A stretch of DNA of 64,000 nt, taken from assembly GCA_963575745.1 (NCBI GenBank), contig CAUYUJ010000001.1, positions 2,294,001 to 2,358,000 on the forward strand, written 5' to 3'. Of this stretch, positions 61,436 to 64,000 are shown piece by piece. The notes beneath the pieces were generated by a model that searched no databases, had not been told where the DNA came from, and saw only the letters and a list, made by a program, of their open reading frames with translations. The translations under genes and the position numbers were made by a program. Position 1 is the stretch's first letter. Each line of letters starts with the position of its first letter. Origin of the DNA: Prorocentrum cordatum. Lineage: Eukaryota.

Positions 61436-63452
61436 GTGATCCAGCAGCAGCAGCAGCGGCGGCATCAGCGGCGGCGGCAGCAGCAGCAGCTGCAGCAGCA
61501 CGCAGCAGCACGAAGCAATCATCTTATGAGGAGTAGGCGGTGTTGGTACTCATCCTGTGGTCTCGAATGCTCTCGCGATCGTCGCGCGCTGATTGGGGGC
61601 CCCGGCAATCCAAGTCAAACGAGCTGCCCCGCCCGCGAAAGACCATTCCCAGCGCGCCGTCGCACTAGGGGCCCATGGGGGGAGGGGGGAAGAGGGGGGG
61701 GGAGAATGATCAGGGGGAGGAGAGACAGGACGAGGAAAAAGAGTGGGGATGTTGAGCAGACTGCTCGCAGGACGCTCCGCGGGGCGCCGCCCCTGAGTCT
61801 GGTTTAAAAACCTAGTCACTCCTGGAACCTCTCGATCAGTGCCCCCGCCAGCTCCGCCCGCCGGTTCCGCGCGAACGGGGCCGCGAAGTCGCCCTCGCCG
61901 ACGTGGCGCTTCAACTGGGTCTCGACGGAATGCGCGGCCCAATGCCCTCAGAACGTTGCGTCCTGCTGGTTGGCGGCGTTCCTTCTCGCCTTCCTCAGCT
62001 CCTCCGCCGCCGCGGGGCTCTGCGCCCCTGCGGACTGACTGGGTCGCGCCCAGCAGAGCCGCCGCGCAGCGGGCGCGCGCATGGGCGTCGCCTGAGGCTG
62101 TCGTAATAGCGAATGTCCCACCACGCGGCCTCGGACAACGGGGGCAGGAGCGATCGAGGTCAAAGAACTTGTCCTCGGCGCTCAAGCAAGCCCTCCACCT
62201 GGCCGCGTTCTCGGGGGCGCAATGCATGCAGCCTGCGGTGCCGCACTTCGGGCGCCCTCTGTCCTGTCCATCATGCCCTCATCCGTCGGCTTCTTGCCGT
62301 CGTAGCTTGTCGGCCTCTGTGGGGCCAGGGGGGTCCATTGCCCGGAGCAGATGATGGGCAGGCAAAGGAGGACCGCCCGCTGCGCGTAGGCCACAAGCTC
62401 GCCAACCAGCACTTCCCCTTCCTTGTTCACGTCGCGCCCGGCGTCGTGGTCCATCGCGTGGTGGGCGACCAAGCCGCGGGGGTAAGGGGGCGCAGAGGTA
62501 AGAGGGGGCCGCCGGGCAGCGGGGAAGCAGGATGCGCGCGCGCACCACCGCGGCGAGCTGGGATGCGCTGAGCAATTAACGTCTTCTCGCCCGGCACCCC
62601 CGCGCCGTTCTCGAGTCGCCGAGTCTCAAGGTGCGAGCCCTTTGATCTGCCCCGAACCATCCAGCACGTCTCTTCCCGGGGCGCGGCTGCGCGGGCGGCG
62701 ATGCGATTTGCGCTGGGCACGCAGTTGGAACCACCTTCCGATTCGCGCGTGCAGCTGTGGCCTTTGTGGCGAATGGGTGAATCCATGCCGAAGTGCTCTT
62801 CGTCGACTCCAAGAGGCCCCGCAATCTGCGAAGGTGCCGCGTGGCGAGCTTCACGTCAAAAGCGACAGCCTTGCCGCAATCCTGCCGCGCCAATCCCGTC
62901 AAAACGGCTGCTGGGGCGCTTCCGCGCGGAAAAACGGTGGATGGATGCGCCGACTGCGCGGGTGGCGCTGCCGCCCCTGGGGCCCCAGCTGTTCCGCCGC
63001 GCGGGAAGCTCGGGCCGGCGCGGCTGCAGGGGCCCGCCCATCGGCGCCCCCCGCTCGTCACCGCGCGGGGAAGCGCTGGGATGCAGGGGCCCGCCCCAAA
63101 CGGAACAACTTCTTTTGCAATCCTCGTGGGAAGATGTTTTCTTATCCTCCCGCGTGCAGGGTGGGTAGCCCGCAGTGGATTAATCCGCTGTATAAATAAC
63201 CCTCGAACGTGATCCAGCCCGCCCGACAAAAGAGGGGCAATTCCCCCAGCCGCGACGCAGAGGTTTTCAGACCAGCCTGATTCACCACCCAGAATGCAGG
63301 TGGGGTCACATACGCCCTAAGGTTAACTGTCAACGCGGCTGGCGCTGTCTATGATGGTAACGAATACTGCGCAGCCAACTTCCGCATGATCTTCGCTGCA
63401 TTCAATTGGGCAGTAGAGCCGACCAAGCGACAGCATTGTAAGACCTCGGTCT

Positions 63453-64000
63453 TCAAGAAGAGACGATGGCTCGAACGACTACGACATTATGAACAGATGG
63501 TGCAAAACAGAGAACAGAACGCGCCGTTGTCCGCCGGGCTAGAAGGCCGGCGCGGGCGGGCCGGAGCCCCCAAATGTGGAGGTGAATGTTCTCGACCGTT
63601 GGTGCTGGGTGCCGCGTGTGCTGTAGAAGCGCTGCTTCCAGGCTGCTCCATTTATTGCTGTCTTGCGCTAGCGTGAACCACCGTTGGTTGTCTCGTTCGA
63701 AGTGCGTGGTTGCTTCGAGAAACTTCACGATATCATCCTCCCACTTTCTCCGCTGGCCTCCGTGTCTGCGTAGCGCTGGCCGGCGGTCGTGGATGTCCAG
63801 CTCCCATGACACAGCAAGCCGTGCCCACCTGTCGTATGGTAGTTCGGCTACTCTTTCTGCCCACCGCCACTTGGGTCTGAAATATGTCGTCGTCCACTCG
63901 TCCATGTTGGCCCTTTTCGCAATGACTGTTGCTATGTAGCTCTGCGTATGAAATGTTCCCACGGTTCTAGGTCGGTCTCGTCGTCGCCGTCTTCGAAGTC
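63453..64000 (-). mobile_element. 3' end of an RTE-clade-like LINE ORF (continues beyond the window)
   Basis: KWRWAERVA...DRW...SW...RRHGGQRRKWEDDI...WFTLAQD..KW matches the RTE-type C-terminal signature KW.WAGH.AR..DRW..W..R..GRP..RW.D..W...AQDR..W. Confidence 0.85.

Overview
GC-rich, repeat-dense eukaryotic genomic DNA, almost certainly from a dinoflagellate: it contains a perfect dinoflagellate spliced leader (DinoSL) plus a relict copy, and GC-AG introns. One host gene is recognisable, a membrane-anchored PI-PLC X / PLC-like phosphodiesterase on the + strand split into at least 5 exons (5227-19317, with possible extra exons at 3277 and 34845). Its introns and the rest of the window are filled with nested mobile elements: (i) a full-length APE-RT LINE whose 5' end is DinoSL + relict SL (6483-11521); (ii) a decayed APE-RT-RNase H LINE (about 20600-26760) followed by a higher-order tandem repeat; (iii) a split-direct-repeat tyrosine-recombinase (PAT/Ngaro/DIRS-type) retrotransposon whose pol is fused to a C5 cytosine methyltransferase and which carries an extra small Cys-rich membrane ORF (43017-50182); (iv) two convergent CRE-like LINEs sharing an uncharacterised N-terminal domain; (v) the 3' end of an RTE-like LINE; (vi) several MITEs and many satellites, three of which start from the same hairpin leader. 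There is a 100-N scaffold gap at 58973-59072. Most ORFs in the supplied track are artefacts of repeats and high GC. All family assignments come from motif recognition by eye, not database searches.
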